Source: the human T2T-CHM13v2.0 reference genome, Homo sapiens
Reading direction: 5' to 3' (one strand)
Assembly (NCBI RefSeq): GCF_009914755.1
Contig: NC_060929.1
DNA length: 64,000 nt
A model generated the notes under the pieces. That model worked only from the letters and a program-made list of their open reading frames with translations, ran no database searches and was not told the origin of the DNA. Each line of letters begins with the position of its first letter. Within the stretch, counting starts at the first letter, position 1. This document shows, one piece after another, positions 14,901 through 28,500 of this stretch. The position numbers and the translations under genes are program-made.

Positions 14901-15409
14901 TACATGAACAAAGGTTCAAAAGCGAGATGATAACATCAAACAGAAAGCCAAAGTAAAAAAAACTATAACCTAACTTCTTCACTATTCAGCCTAATATTCA
15001 GAAAGAGGACTAGACTTTGGATATTTGAGAAAAGCTGATCTTTGGTATGACCTGTGTCACCTCCCAGCACTGTGACTTAGAACTGGCACCTAACCTCTTT
15101 ATTTCTCAGTTTCATCATCTAAAAAATGGTCTACTGCTTCAGAATAAATAAATGGCATGATACATATGAATGTGCATATATGTAACACCCTGTTTAAGTC
15201 TACATTCTTGATGTTGTTTTTATAATATTTTATTGGTAGTTAGCTCGGTAAAAAGCCTAAACTTGTGGTATACTTTGATGTTTTATCTAAACCCTGTTTT
15301 TGATCGTGCTCTGCCCAGTCACCTGTACCCATCCCCAAACCATGACTCGAATAGATCTCATAGTATTTCCAGTCATTGTTCTCTTATTAAAAAAAAAAAA
15401 AAAAACAAC

Positions 15410-15720
15410 TCAGGCAGAACACAGGGGACTTTTAGGGCAGTGAAACTACTCCATATGATACTATAATTGTGAATTCATGTCATTACAAATTTCTGCAAAA
15501 CCACAGGATGTAAAGCACCATGAGGGAACCCTAATGTAAACTATGGACTTTGGGTGATAATGATGTGTTACTGTAGGTTCATCAGTTGTGACAAATGCAC
15601 CACTCGGGTGGGGGATGTTGATAGTGGAGGAGGCTATGCATGTGTGGGGCTAGGGTGTTTATGAGATATCTCCGTATTTTGTTCAGTTTTGCGTGAACCT
15701 AAAACTGCTTTTTAAAAAGT
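15410..15720 (+). mobile_element. L1MC-like 3' end
   Basis: tttagggcagtgaaactactc...gaaccctaatgtaaactatggactttgggtgataatgatgtg...tgaacctaaaactgct. Confidence 0.85.
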
Positions 15721-18104
15721 TGATTATTAAGACAGAAACAAATCTCAGTACTGTTGAGCCCAGTTTAAAAAGGCAAAATTGTCATATCCAGTTTAACAAT
15801 AATATTCTTCCCTTACCATAAATCTGACTATATTCTCAGCGACTGGTAGTACAATCAAAAGAGCAGTTTGATCCTCCCTTTCTGTCCCTTCTTTTTGTAG
15901 CTCTTGCTGTTTCAAAATCAGGGATGAAGAAGAGCTGGGAGATGAAGGGAGGGCAGATGACTGTACGTAACCTGATGTGCAATTACAATTCTTTCTTGGC
16001 TTCTTCAGTGAAGCCTGTCCTGCCACCCACAGGACAAGCTTCTGTGTGACAGACATCTGAATGCTGGTCATCTGAATGCTGGTTCCCTTATGGAGGACCT
16101 TCAGGGAGCCTGTTAGGGCTCTCTCGCTGCATAGTGCCATGACATGGAAGATTTGCTCAGATTCCTTCTCTTTTAAAATTTCTTCAGCTCCCTTCTGCCC
16201 CTGTTAATATACATCATAGCTTTCCACACCTCATCCAGGAGACAGCTCTCTTGGAGATGGCTTAATGGCAAAATGTCTCAAGTGCAGCTACCTGCTGTAG
16301 TGTTTACTGATCCATGGGAAACTCACATAATCTAGCCATGCTAGCCTGTGGGAAATCAGGCTTCTCCACTGCCTCCCCTTCCTCAACCCTGCTGTCTCTC
16401 TCCAGGTATCAAGTACTCTTGCACAAAAGCCGATCAAAATTTCATTGTTTAAGCAGATACTATTCAATGAGCCCAATCGGCACATGGCTTTGTGTGCATG
16501 AAAGTGCCCATCCCTTTACAAAGAGTCTGGTTTGAGTCTTAGTTGCCTATTTTAGGGCAATAGTAAAAGTCCCATTCAAAAGCCTGTTATCCTTTAAAAC
16601 GCAATGCATTTGATCTAATGCAAGCATTTCTTATTGTGTTCTGTGAAGAAAAACAATTCTCAACCTTGACTAAAAGCTGTAAGCTGCCTGCATTTATGTA
16701 TTTATCCTGCAGGTTTTGAAAAAATTGAGTGTAATCAAAATCCCACTGGGGAAAAGTATGTCAAAAAGATTAATTAGAAGGAAAGCAAAAATGATGTCTT
16801 CTCCTGCCTTTGTGTTAAACATTCTTAGAAAACAAGCACTGAAATAAAATAAGTAAAGATGCCTCTATATACTTTCGGCTGTAAATTTTATTAAGGTCTT
16901 GAAGAGAGTTCCTCTGAGTGTTTAAATAGCATTTACTGAAAACCATCTCCAACTTTCATGAGCAGAAACATGCAATTGTTAGATCTGTCAGGGTATTACT
17001 GAAAATGGAGTCAAAGGCCCCTTATAAAAAAGCTATCTATGGCTTTTCCTCTCTTCCAGGAAAGATGAATTGCCATGGTAACACTGCCATGAAATAATAG
17101 GTCAGGTTTTATCCTTCTGCCTCAGGCTTATTCTATTAGGTTTTACTTAGAAGTGGATGCCATTGTAAAATGAAGGTTTTTGGTATTTCAAAACTAAACA
17201 TCATGACAAGAAAAATCTGATCAATAAAATCTGCTGGTATGAAAAGGTTGGATAAAGGACAACAGGTAGGGAGTTAAACTGATTGGAGAACTATTTAGAG
17301 GCTGGTTTATTAGTACTCTTCTAAAATGTGGGCTTGTTTCACAGATGCTTGTATAACTGAATATGCATAAATGAAGCCAGGCTGACTGCACAAGATCAGT
17401 TGGGAAAAGTGGTTTGTAAATTTTATTTTAATGGAGGATTAACGGCTCTAAGGAAAAAGTTTCCATTTCATTCCGAATGAAACAAGAAAGCATAAAATAT
17501 TTAAGCTTCCTATTTTTCTTACTATTTTTAAAAGACAAATTCAATACTGTTTTGTGCCTATTTATGGAAATTTCTAAAAATGCAACTTGGGAGAAGTATT
17601 AATGACATTACACAAACAACATGGTGTGTAATAATTGAAATTCTGTTGTTTCTGTTGTTTGGGGGAGTTGTGTCTCAGTATATGCGTCATGACTTTACAT
17701 TTTTCTGGAACAGTATCTCAATCATTTTGGGATGAAATTCCAACAGAAACTAATATATATTTTTTGTCATATCAAGCAACATTGCTCTGTCCTTCTAATA
17801 GGACCTACATTAGAATAAGAGAGAAATAGATATCTAGTTTTTAAAGTAACAAGATATATCAAACCAACTTTTTTGAAGAGTTTCATTTAATTTAAATGTA
17901 AGTTAAATGTAGAACATGGTAGTGGATTTTAGCATAACATCTTTCCTGAATTCACACAGTGAGACTATGTCTGACTTCTCCATAGACCACCTTGAATTTT
18001 CTGTAGTTTTTTCTTCTGTAAAGTACTAACAGTGTGTGTGGGTAGCTCTGAGATTTATATTGCCTTCAGTCTGATCATGAAGATTGCAAAGTGGGGTCAG
18101 TGAC

Positions 18105-18651
18105 TGTGCTAGTTTCCTAGGGCTGCTATAACAAAGAGGCACAAACTGGGTGGCTTAACACAGCAGAAATTTATTGTCTCACAGTTCCAGAGGCTGGAAG
18201 TTCTAAATTAAGGTGTTAGCAGTGCCATGCTGTCACTGAAGGCTCTAGGGGAGAATCCAATTCTTGGCAGTCCTTGTCTTATAGATTCATCAGGCCAGTC
18301 TCTGCCTCTGCCTTTACATGGCTTTCTCCTCTGAGTGTTATATCTCTAAAGTGTTATGTATATAAAGATTAGGGCCCATTTTAATCCAAAGTGACCTACC
18401 TACTGGGTACAGGGTATACTGCTTGGGTGATGGGTACACCAAAATCTCAGAAATAACCACTAAACAACTTAATTCATGTAACCAAACACCACCTGTTCCC
18501 CAAAAACTTATTGAAATAATTTAAAAAAGGAAGACCTCATTTAATTTGGTTACATCTGCAATGACCCTTTTTCTAAATAAAGTCACCTTCATAGGTTCTG
18601 GGGTGAGGAATTCAGTGTATATTTCTGGGGGACACAATACAACCCACAGCA
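18105..18651 (-). mobile_element. MLT1 solo LTR interrupted by an L1 3' end
   Basis: tagtttcctagggctgctataacaaa...aaactgggtggcttaa at one end and gggggacacaatacaacccacagca at the other. Confidence 0.85.
18398..18528 (+). mobile_element. L1PB/L1MA-type 3' end fragment
   Basis: ctgcttgggtgatgggtacaccaaaatctcagaaataaccactaaa...catgtaaccaaacaccacctgttccccaaaaac plus an A tail. gacct occurs on both sides. Confidence 0.85.
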
Positions 18652-21539
18652 GAAACTGAATTGAGGGACTTCGACACTAAATAAATTATCTCTATTACAA
18701 TTTTAAATTGCTATGCTGTCTAGTTCTTTAGGGAAATAAATGGTGATATTACTTGAGTTATGTTTCATTACTAATGGTTACTCTCATTTTCCCTTTCCCT
18801 TCAACTTTAAATTTTTGTAGATATATAGAGAATATGGTATTCCTAATTAAGTGCTCTCAATGTGTAGAATTTTAAAATGTACAAATATGGTTAGAATAGG
18901 TAAAATAAATTGAATATATACCTATCACAGTTCCTAACTTGTAATAGGTGTTCCACTAAATGTTTATTGAATGAATCAATCAGTGTTAACATTAAAATAT
19001 ACTGAGCATAATTTAATCTGTCTTTAATGATTCAAAACATTTTCTTTGGGCAAAAGGTAACTAGGTATGAATTAAGAGATCCCCACTTGCCTGAGTGCTC
19101 AATGACTAAGTATTTATTCTATTTCACTTCTTTATGTCCATTTGGAAACTCATTAGGTTTTTTGTCTTGGATTACACTGTTCCCAGCCCCCATTTCTTTT
19201 GACTTTCCCCTTTGGGTTATCACATATTCTTTTCTATAGCTTAATTAAACTACTTCTGTTGAACAATTAACATCAATGTGTTCTGATTTGGTTTCTCCAC
19301 CTATAAAATTGTCTACTTTATCATGTATCAGGATTGTCTGTCCTTTGATCTATTTTTCTCTGTCTAGGTATCCAATAAATGTATTTTGATCGTGGTTATA
19401 TTATTTGAGTTGTATTTCTTTACTAACGGTTACTCCCATTTTCCCTTTAATTGAATACAAGGAGAAGTAACCACTAAAACAAAAAACAAATTACATTACA
19501 ACTCCTACCTTACAAATGACTGCTATTTCCTCAGTTTTAAAACTGAATGTTATTTCTGCATGACCTTAGAAGGTTTTAAGAATTCAGTACATACAGTTTT
19601 AAAAAAGAAAGATTTCATTAGAAAAACATTCTAAGGCAGAAACAGAGTGCCAAAATTCAAACCAAAAAAGTTTTAAGCTACTACTTATCAAGCTGTGAAT
19701 GTTTTCTATTTTATAGTTTTTTCTTGACAGATATTCAAGTATTTGTTAATCAAACTTGCCATTAATGCCAAAATTCCCCTAAAAACATGATTAGGAAATC
19801 AAAATATTTAAGCTAACTGAAATAATTTTTTTTTCAAAAAAAAAAAAAAAAGAGGAAAATGAAAGCTATATCACTCATGGAAGAAAGTTTTTATTTTTTA
19901 ATCACATTTTTATCCCTCATTTTCTCTCTGATATTTCCAGTTGTTTTTTTCAGTCACGAGAAGCCTACATTTATGGAAAATCAGCAAGTATAACCAGCTA
20001 TTAGCGTCAGCTAGGGAGAGGAACAACACAAAGCCAGGATTTTGAGCCAGCTTCCTGGGCAAATTGGGAAAAGATACCATTTTAGTTAGTTACCTGAGAC
20101 TGTTCAAGTTTAATTACATTAGTGGCACTTGACATTATAAAATGTTTTTTTCTTTCAGATATAACCTTCTTCCATCATTAGTAAACGTCAATTATAATGA
20201 AGTGTTTTTCCCACTTCCTTTTCTTCCTGATATAACGGAAGAAAATGCTAATGAGTTTATAATCCTGAAATTGTTTTCAAAGCCAAAACAAAGTCAGCTT
20301 GGTGTCTGTTTATTAGCTTAATTTTATTCTTTATATTTGGAGAACAAATTTTCTCATTTTGTTTCTTACTATATTTTCCCTACTTAGTGCAATTTCTTAT
20401 TCTCCCTGAGAGCTTTTAAATGATAAATATTACCAATTAGATTGTATTTCTGGGTTCAAATCAGAATGATGTTGAAGATCCTGCCCCTTGCTGTGACTTA
20501 CGTACTATCTGAAAGCTTCTATTTTTTTTTTCTTAAAAGCTGGTTTTTCCCTCTCTCTTTTTTGATTTTGATACATAATGGCTATTCAATCCATGGGTTC
20601 TAACAGTTTCCTGTAACATTTCAATCAGAATATAATGGTGACTTGATTTCTTCTCTCTCAAAGATTAAATATGTCCACATATGAAATTGATGCATTTTAT
20701 AACAAAGAACAAGTTTCTTTACTGTCAAAATGAAATTAACATCTTATGAAAATGGGACACCATCACTGGAAGAGGTCAAGAAGGAAGAGAGAGATAAAGT
20801 CAGTTTTCCAATACAACATTATTCAGTGTCTGTGCTGAAAACATGCTTGACAGAAAAGGTCTGGGTCACCTTTTAGCAGTGTCTTGGTATACTGTTTGTT
20901 TTCCCCTACTGAGAAATTAGGGGGAAGCTGTCTATTGTAGTGCAGAGAAGGCAGCAGGCATGGGGTCCCAACCTGTAAGAATGCTGTGTAATCAATGCCA
21001 AAAAAAAAAAAGTGTGACCAAGAGAAAAAGAAAGCCATTTAAAGTTACTTTACAATAGGCAAAATAAAAATGGTAAATTACATTTATAGATAATATGTTC
21101 TGGAAAATACGAACCCAAGCCAAATGTGGGAAAATTTTAAAATAGACTGACTAGTTATAAGGGGTTATGCTCCCCAGAAAGCTTACACATATCACAAAAG
21201 CTTTGCTTATGCTTTTCATTTTAAACAGTCTTTTGAAGTTTGGTCCTGGCATTTTATCCATATTGTCTACCTTTCTTCTTTGTTTCACAGCTGGATATAC
21301 TGCTAACTGAATTAAATCCAATGAATATACAAGAATATCCAAATAAGTTCAAGAGTTGCTTCTTTCTGCCTAATTTGTATATTTGTCCCAATGAGATACA
21401 CTTTACGACATCTATGTTTATCCCTAGCATCTACATTTTTATTTTAAAATATTTATAAAATAGTAAGCAAAGTATAATAAAATATTCAAATAGTGGCCAA
21501 GTAATTTCTATCATATAGTCATGCAATTATGCAACATTG

Positions 21540-21860
21540 CATTGTTATGGCTGGGATTCAACTCTTAAATTCATTAACCATTTATTTACCTTTTCAATAA
21601 TTTTTACTATTAGAATATTTAACTTTTTTAGTGATTTCTTAGCACCGTTTTACATATTAAATATATTAACCTTTGGTCTCTCTGGTCTAATGCAAATATA
21701 CTTCCCAGTTTATCATTTGATGTTCTATCATTTTAATTCTACTTTTTTTATATTCAAGGGATTGACAGATTTTCATGTGGTGAAATCTTTACTTTCTTTT
21801 TTGTTTTCTGCCATTGATAGTATGTTCTGAAAGATCTTCCTCACCTGTTCTACATTATTT
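21540..21860 (-). mobile_element. Old L1M fragment
   Basis: T-rich antisense L1 ORF2-like text: tgcaaatatacttcccagtttatcatttg. Confidence 0.5.
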
Positions 21861-22769
21861 CTGCTATTTTGAGTGCTATAATCTGTTTTCATCTTACTTT
21901 TGAAACTTTCTTTTCTGTAAAATTACCAAATAAATACCTTGTAATCAGGCCAGCCTTACCCCTGCTCCAAGAGTAGAATATAATTGTTGGCTTCACAAAA
22001 AATCACACTCTTAGCTAATTTTCAGTTCCATTTTATAGCCTACATTCTTCCAGAATAATTCACTGATTCCCAGCCTCCTTGGATCACTCTTCTCTAAACT
22101 TTCAGGAGCCGAATAGGATATAACACACAAATTGGGAAAGAGTTGTAGGCAATCTTTAGTTTCACACTGCTGTTCATGGTGGGGTGTAAGCATCTAAGCA
22201 GGTACACACCTATGGGTGAAGAACAGCAAATTCAACATGAGCCCTTCCCAATAGTGACCTTATGAGATGTTAATTTCATTTTGATGGTAAAGGGAGCTGT
22301 TTCTGTGTGCAACATGTTAGTTTTGCCTCCAAGGCCTGTTAAATCTTAGGGGTAGCTGGGATGCACTCTGCATCCAAAGGAGGCATCTCTGGGATAAGAG
22401 AGTCCAGATTGATGTCAGAAAGAAGATAATATTTCTGTCCAAACTGCTAAGCATCTAAAGAGTACTAGGAAAGAGAAGTTAGATGCCAGTCTCCAGGGAA
22501 AGTGGCGAAGAGAGAAACTGAAGAGCATTTGAATTATAAGTGATGCCCCAGGTCCTGAGGAGGGAGTTTGAGTTGAGGAACAATTACTCTAATTACACTA
22601 TAAGGTATATGTGATGTATACAGGTCCATTTTGGTAATGTATCTGCCTCTGATTCCCAAATTGAACTGTTATATGCCATCTCTCTTTTGCAAATGTCAAA
22701 CTTCTGTACTTGTAAGCTGCTGTCTTTATCTTGTATTAGCCTTGCTGTCCCACATCTAAGTAATAAAAG

Positions 22770-23030
22770 CTAGTACTTGCCATTTATTGACCAATTTTTG
22801 TGTGCTGCTCTCTGTGGGAAGCACTTTACATGAATTACTTCATGGAACCCTAACAAGCATGCTAAATGTTAGAGGGATTTGGTTTACAGAGGTTCAGTAA
22901 CTTGGCCACATTCCTCGGCCATCTAATGGGAGAGAAGGACCTCAAATCTGGATCTGTCTGACTCAAACATACATACAAAGCAGGTTTTTTTATTCCCATT
23001 TTACAATTAAATAAACTGAGACTGAATTGC
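22770..23030 (-). mobile_element. MIR fragments
   Basis: catttattga...cactttacatgaattact...cagaggttcagtaacttggcca and tattcccattttaca...aaactgagact. Confidence 0.6.
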
Positions 23031-23322
23031 AAGCTTCTTAAAAGCAGGGACCTTTTTATAAACTTCCTTTTTTCCCCCCACAGTGGCTTGTACTTGGTAG
23101 ATAGACAAATGCATAGTGGTGGAGCTAATATACTCCTCTGATCTTAAACTGCAATAAAAAGCTCAGATTTTAAATAAATATGATCTATCTTTTTATTTTG
23201 TTTTCTATAGTCAGATGCTGCTTAATGAAAGTAAACATATGTAGAAGGTACTTTGAGCGGGTTCTTTACCAAAAAAAGAATTTTTCAGAATATTGCAGAA
23301 CTGCCATATAAAAATCATTAGG

Positions 23323-24430
23323 ACATAAAAGTGGTTTAAAAGAGGTAGCAACTTATCCTAGATCACAAAGAAAAGAACAGAAACAAAGAAACAAATGAAA
23401 AAAAAAACCCTCTGCACTTTAACTCCATCCTCCCACATTCTGACTTTGTGTTATTACAATTTACATATATTTATATTGCCTTTCTCTTAACAGGTTGCTG
23501 TAACTACTGTTGTTTTCATAGATTTGTCTTTTGGGCTTCATACTAGAGTTATGAGGGGATTGCCACCACAATTGTACAGTATTGTCGGTTTGTCTATGCG
23601 CTTAATTTTACCAGTGGGTTTTATACCTTTAAGTGTCTTCTTTTTGCATATTAATGGAGTTTGTTTTCAAATTGAAGAACTCCCTTTAGCATTTGTAGAT
23701 GGGTCTGGTGGTGGTGAATTTTCTCAGCTTTTGTTTGCCTGAGAAAGACTTCATCTCCTTCATAGATAAAGGATATTTTTGCTGGCTACAGTATTCTTGG
23801 ATGGCAGGTTTCTTCAGCACTTTGAAAATGCAGTCCCACTCTCTCCTGGCCTTTATGGTTTTCGTTGAGAAGCCTGTTGTCAGACAAATTGGAGCTCCTT
23901 TATATGTTATTTGCTTCTTTGTACTTGCTGCTTTTAGGATTCTCCAGTTGTCCTTGACCTTTGAGAGTTTGACTATTATAAGTCTTGGGGTAGTCTTATT
24001 TGGGTCAAATCTGTTTGGTATTCCCTGACCTTGCTACCTCTGATTATTTATCTCTTTCTCAAGCTTTGGAAAGTTTTCTCTTATTATTTCTTTAAATAAG
24101 CTTTCTATCCCTTGCTCCTGCTCAACTCTTTTGAATGCCAATAATTTTTAGATTTGGTCATTTGAAGTACAAATATAGAGTTTGGTAGAAGAAATAAGAT
24201 GTAGTGTTTGATAACTCAGTAGGGTGACTATAATTTACAATAATCGATTGTATATTTTAAAGTAGCTAGGAATGAATAATTTGAATGTTTCTGCATAAAG
24301 ACAAATATTTAAAGTGTTGTATATCTTAATTATACTGATTTGATCTTTACAAATTATATAAATCTATTAAATTATTACATGTACCCTGAAAATATCTACA
24401 TCTATTATGTATCAGTAAAAAAATCATTTT
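23323..24430. mobile_element. Inverted, internally deleted L1MA (antisense ORF1 region plus sense 3' end)
   Basis: Antisense L1 ORF1-end text (gaagaactccctttagcatt...cagtattcttggatggcag) to about 24165, then a sense L1MA 3'UTR with an A tail. TSD taaaaatcattagg at 23309-23322 and 24431-24444. Confidence 0.82.
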
Positions 24431-24588
24431 TAAAAATCATTAGGGGAAACAAGACCAAAAAAGATAGACAGCTATACACAACAAGTACATTTTAGACTCT
24501 ATTGTGACTCTTTTTGGAATTATTAATCACTTCCCAAAAATGTATTGCCTTATTTCTGAGAGATTATCATTTTTTTTTTATTCTTTAG

Positions 24589-24708
<120 letters not shown>

Positions 24709-25036
24709 TAAGTCAGAGCAAATACTCTTATTACTGATAATGATGGTTCTCCGGTCAACTCTGTCTTTCTTCCCAAAGCAGTGACCATACCGCAATGTAA
24801 TATATGTGTTTACATTACACTACAATCCCGCTTGTGCTTCATTTAAAAAAAAATGCTGTTTATGCACAGAAGCATTATTCAGGGATTGATAAGAAGTCAT
24901 TCTGATGATTTTTCTGCATTTTGTTCATTCCAGTGCTTTGCATTTTGTCATCATCGCTTCCATGGAAACTAGTGCATTGCTTTTGATTTTTTAAAATATA
25001 AATAACGAATGGTTTGGAAGTTTACTGATCTAAAAT

Positions 25037-25248
25037 AGGGATCTAGAAACTATGGCTCTTGCGCCAAATCTGGCCCACTGCTTGTTTAGTAAATCAACTT
25101 TTATTAGAATACACTCCCCTCACTGTTGTCTTTGACTGCCTTAACACCACCACAGCAGAGTTAAGTAGTTGCAACAGAAACCATATTGCCGGTAAAGCCT
25201 AAAATATTTTCGATCTGTCCATTTATGAAAAAAGTTTATGGACCCCTT
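25037..25248. mobile_element. MER58A-like DNA transposon
   Basis: aaactatggc...gccaaatctggcccactg...gcagagttaagtagttgcaacaga...aaagcctaaaatattt...gacccct. Confidence 0.8.
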
Positions 25249-25899
25249 ATCCAAAAGATTTGTTAAATAGGTTATTCAAACTGAAAAATTTTGAAGGACT
25301 GAGATAAAGGATAAGATAAAACCAAAACTTTTTCTGACTCATAGCTGCATGAAACTATCTGAAAATACTTCTGACCCTGATGAGTGTTTACGGTGGGGGG
25401 TTATTCCTACGGCTACAGTATCCTTCATTCTATCCCACCAGCACCTTGAGAGCAGACACTGAAAAGCCAGTGAGATCTGGTCATGAGCTCAAGCACAGGG
25501 CTAAAGAGGACGGTTTTTCTGTGGAAGGAGCGAGAATCTAGGTAGGGCTTTGTGTGACATTAGGAAGGAAATGGAGCTCCCAAAATGGAGTTCCCACTGG
25601 TGGTGGCTAGGACTGACGGAAGAAATACCGCACTTTAACTGTAAATATAATCACATATTATCTTATGTAAGGAAAACTTTGACAATACATAGGCAAAACA
25701 GACAGCATTCTTTTTTGTTTGTTTTCTATGATAATATTATCCAAAATGATTTTTACATATATATCAGTTCAGTGAGGGTCAGATACTCTTAAAAATATTT
25801 CCATTTGCTTTTGCTTTTTTCTTTCCAATTTTAATTGTTCATCTAGGAAGACTTCTTATTTACACACACACACACACAGTTACAATGCAAGAAATAATA

Positions 25900-26240
25900 C
25901 CATTGGCAATAGCAATTCAAAAGAGAAATACAGGGTTATAAACTAAAAAAGACAAGTTTAAGATGTATATGAAAACATAAGTATCTTCCACTGAGGAATT
26001 CAGAAGAAAGCTTAAGTAACTATTCTTTTTAGTAAACTGAATGTTGTAAATACACCAGTATTTCTCAAACTAATTTATAAACTCAAGGCAATCTTAATTA
26101 AATACAGCAGATTTTGTACAAAATGAAATGAAATAGAAAATCCAGAGATAGGCATAAATCTATATGAGGATATAGTTGATGATAAAAGTAGCATTCAAGT
26201 TAGTGACAAAAAGGTTGGTTCAATTAAGAGTGTTATGATA
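25900..26240 (+). mobile_element. Old L1M ORF2 relic
   Basis: aaatagaaaatccagagatag...tgataaaagtagcattcaa and ttctcaaactaatttataaactcaa. Confidence 0.55.
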
Positions 26241-27189
26241 TCTAGTTAATTGCCACAGATAGCCTGAAACACATATTGCTATGTAATATGGTAATTTTAA
26301 CCTTGACTACTTCCTGTCTTAAAATGTTGAGATCCAGGAATCCCAGGCCAGAAGTGCTATTATAAGTTTTCCAAAAGAACAAGATCTTAAAAACATGGAA
26401 GACCTCTGCCCAAAATTCCTGCCTCATCAATGCCTGCTGAATTAATTAAAACTTCCTCAGCCTGACTTTCAGACATACCACGTAATGGTGCCACTATATC
26501 TTCATGCCTTCATCTCTTACTATTCTAGAAGCAAACTAAACCATTCATTGTTTCTGAAGCCCAGCTTAAACTTTCCAACATTTGTGCTTCTTTTCTTCTA
26601 TCCTTTTTTTCTCTGCTTTGCATGTCTCTTTCCTCAATCTGCTACTCCATCTGCCCCAAGGCATATAGATTTGTCAAAAACCAACAAAAGCCTGTTCTAG
26701 AAACAAACCCTTACCTACTTTTTTCATCCAAAATTAGATGATCACTTGATTTATTAGCGTTTTTTAATTCATTCAACAAGCACTTATTGAGCACCTAACT
26801 TTGACAGCCAATCCATCAGACATAGCGTTTAGTACCTATGCCAGCATTTACTATCTCAGTTAATAGATCCACCATCACCCAGTTATCTGATGTAGAAATA
26901 TGAGCACTGTCTTTTATTTCTTCCTCTTTTACAAATAGAATCTCATTGACCACCAAGTCCAATCATTTTGACTTTCTAAATGCCTCTCCAATCTATTGCT
27001 CTTTTTTCTTCCTATTGCCAATGTGTTAATCCAAACCATTCATTTAGGAGTCTTTTATCTTTTCTCCTTATCTTCAGGTTCCACCCTCTACAGGTGATCC
27101 ATCTTATTGCCATCAGAGCTACATAAGTGAACCTTAGTACATCTCGGGCCTTAAAAATAAAACTTCCAGTAATATCTTATTATGTACAG

Positions 27190-27357
27190 TAGCGATTCTG
27201 GGAGCACATGTTAATCACCTGTAGAGCTTTGACAACATATACAAGCCCAGACTCCACTCTGGATCTACTAAATCAAATCTCCCGTGAGATACACGGGCAT
27301 ATGAATTTTTCAAGGCTCCACAGGTGATTCTGAAGCCCATTTCTGGTTAAGACCATT
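27190..27357. mobile_element. MER5-type DNA transposon
   Basis: aatcacctgtagagcttt...ctactaaatcaaatctc...ctccacaggtgattctga...ttaagaccattg. Confidence 0.7.
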
Positions 27358-27819
27358 GATTTATAATGAAATCCAAACTCACTAACATAGTGGACAGTGC
27401 AACCTCCAGGTATCTATTTCACTGACATCATCTCCTATGACTCTCTTCCATACGCTCTATGTTTCAACTAAACAGAAATTTTCTCAGCTTACCTGAACTC
27501 CATCCTTTTACTACCTCTGTTTCTCTGCCTGAAATACTTCCTCTGTTATCTTTAAAAAGTCTATTTACTTTTCAAGGCTATCTCTTTTACAAAGCTTTAA
27601 AAGATTAAAAGATATCTCTACCCCTTTTCCTACCTGCTCCCACCTTTATTCATAGCAGACAACACTATCCACACCCTCATCTCTGCACCCACACTACCCT
27701 GGCACTTTCTGCAGATCACGTAAGACCTAGCGGACTCTGCTATTATTTCATTATATTTTCATTAATCATTTTTCCCCATTACAGAATACAGTACAATACA
27801 ATACAATATATGCACTCTT

Positions 27820-28180
27820 ATTTTTTTCTCATTTCTTTATCGTGGTAAAATATATATAACATAAGATTTACTGTCTTAACCATTTTTTCTGTATGTAGTT
27901 CAGTAGTATTAAATACATTCAACCATCACCACCATCCAGCTCCAGAATTCTTATCATCTTGCAAAACTTATATTTAAATGGTAACTCCCCATCACTCTCT
28001 CCCTGCACCCCTCAGCAAACACCAACCTGCTTTCTGTCTCTACGATTTTAACTACTTTAAGTAGCTCATATAAGTGGAATCATGCAGTATTTGTCTTTTA
28101 GTGACTGGCTTATTTTACGTAACATACTGTCCTCAAGTTTCATCCATATTGTAGCATGTCAGAATGTCCTTCCATTTTAT
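27820..28180 (-). mobile_element. L1MB-like 3' end
   Basis: gtggtaaaatatatataacataa...caaccatcaccaccatccagctccagaa...ctcatataagtggaatcatgcagtatttgtc. Confidence 0.85.
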
Positions 28181-28340
28181 ATTTTATTATATGTAATAAA
28201 ATATACATTATATATAACTTATATGTTACATATAATAAAATATACATACACACATACACACAATACGTGTTACATAATGTACATTGTGTGTATGTGTATA
28301 TATAAACACAAAAAATATTGTATTTTATATTTATATTTAT

Positions 28341-28500
28341 ATATATACACATATACATATACTATATGTATATTTATATTATATATACACATATACATAT
28401 ACTATATGTATATTTATATTATATATACACATATACATATACTATATGTATATTTATATTATATATACACATATACATATACTATATGTATATTTATATT
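28341..28500. repeat. AT-rich minisatellite, 4 perfect copies of a 40-bp unit
   Basis: atatatacacatatacatatactatatgtatatttatatt x4, inside a TA-rich tract spanning about 28180-28545. Confidence 0.95.

Noticed and set aside
16054-16083. 15-bp tandem duplication catctgaatgctggt x2 (similar ttttctgacattgac x2 near 55970)
   Set aside because: Ordinary slippage-type micro-duplications
28341-28500. Regularly spaced repeats suggestive of a CRISPR array
   Set aside because: Head-to-tail units with no spacers, in primate DNA
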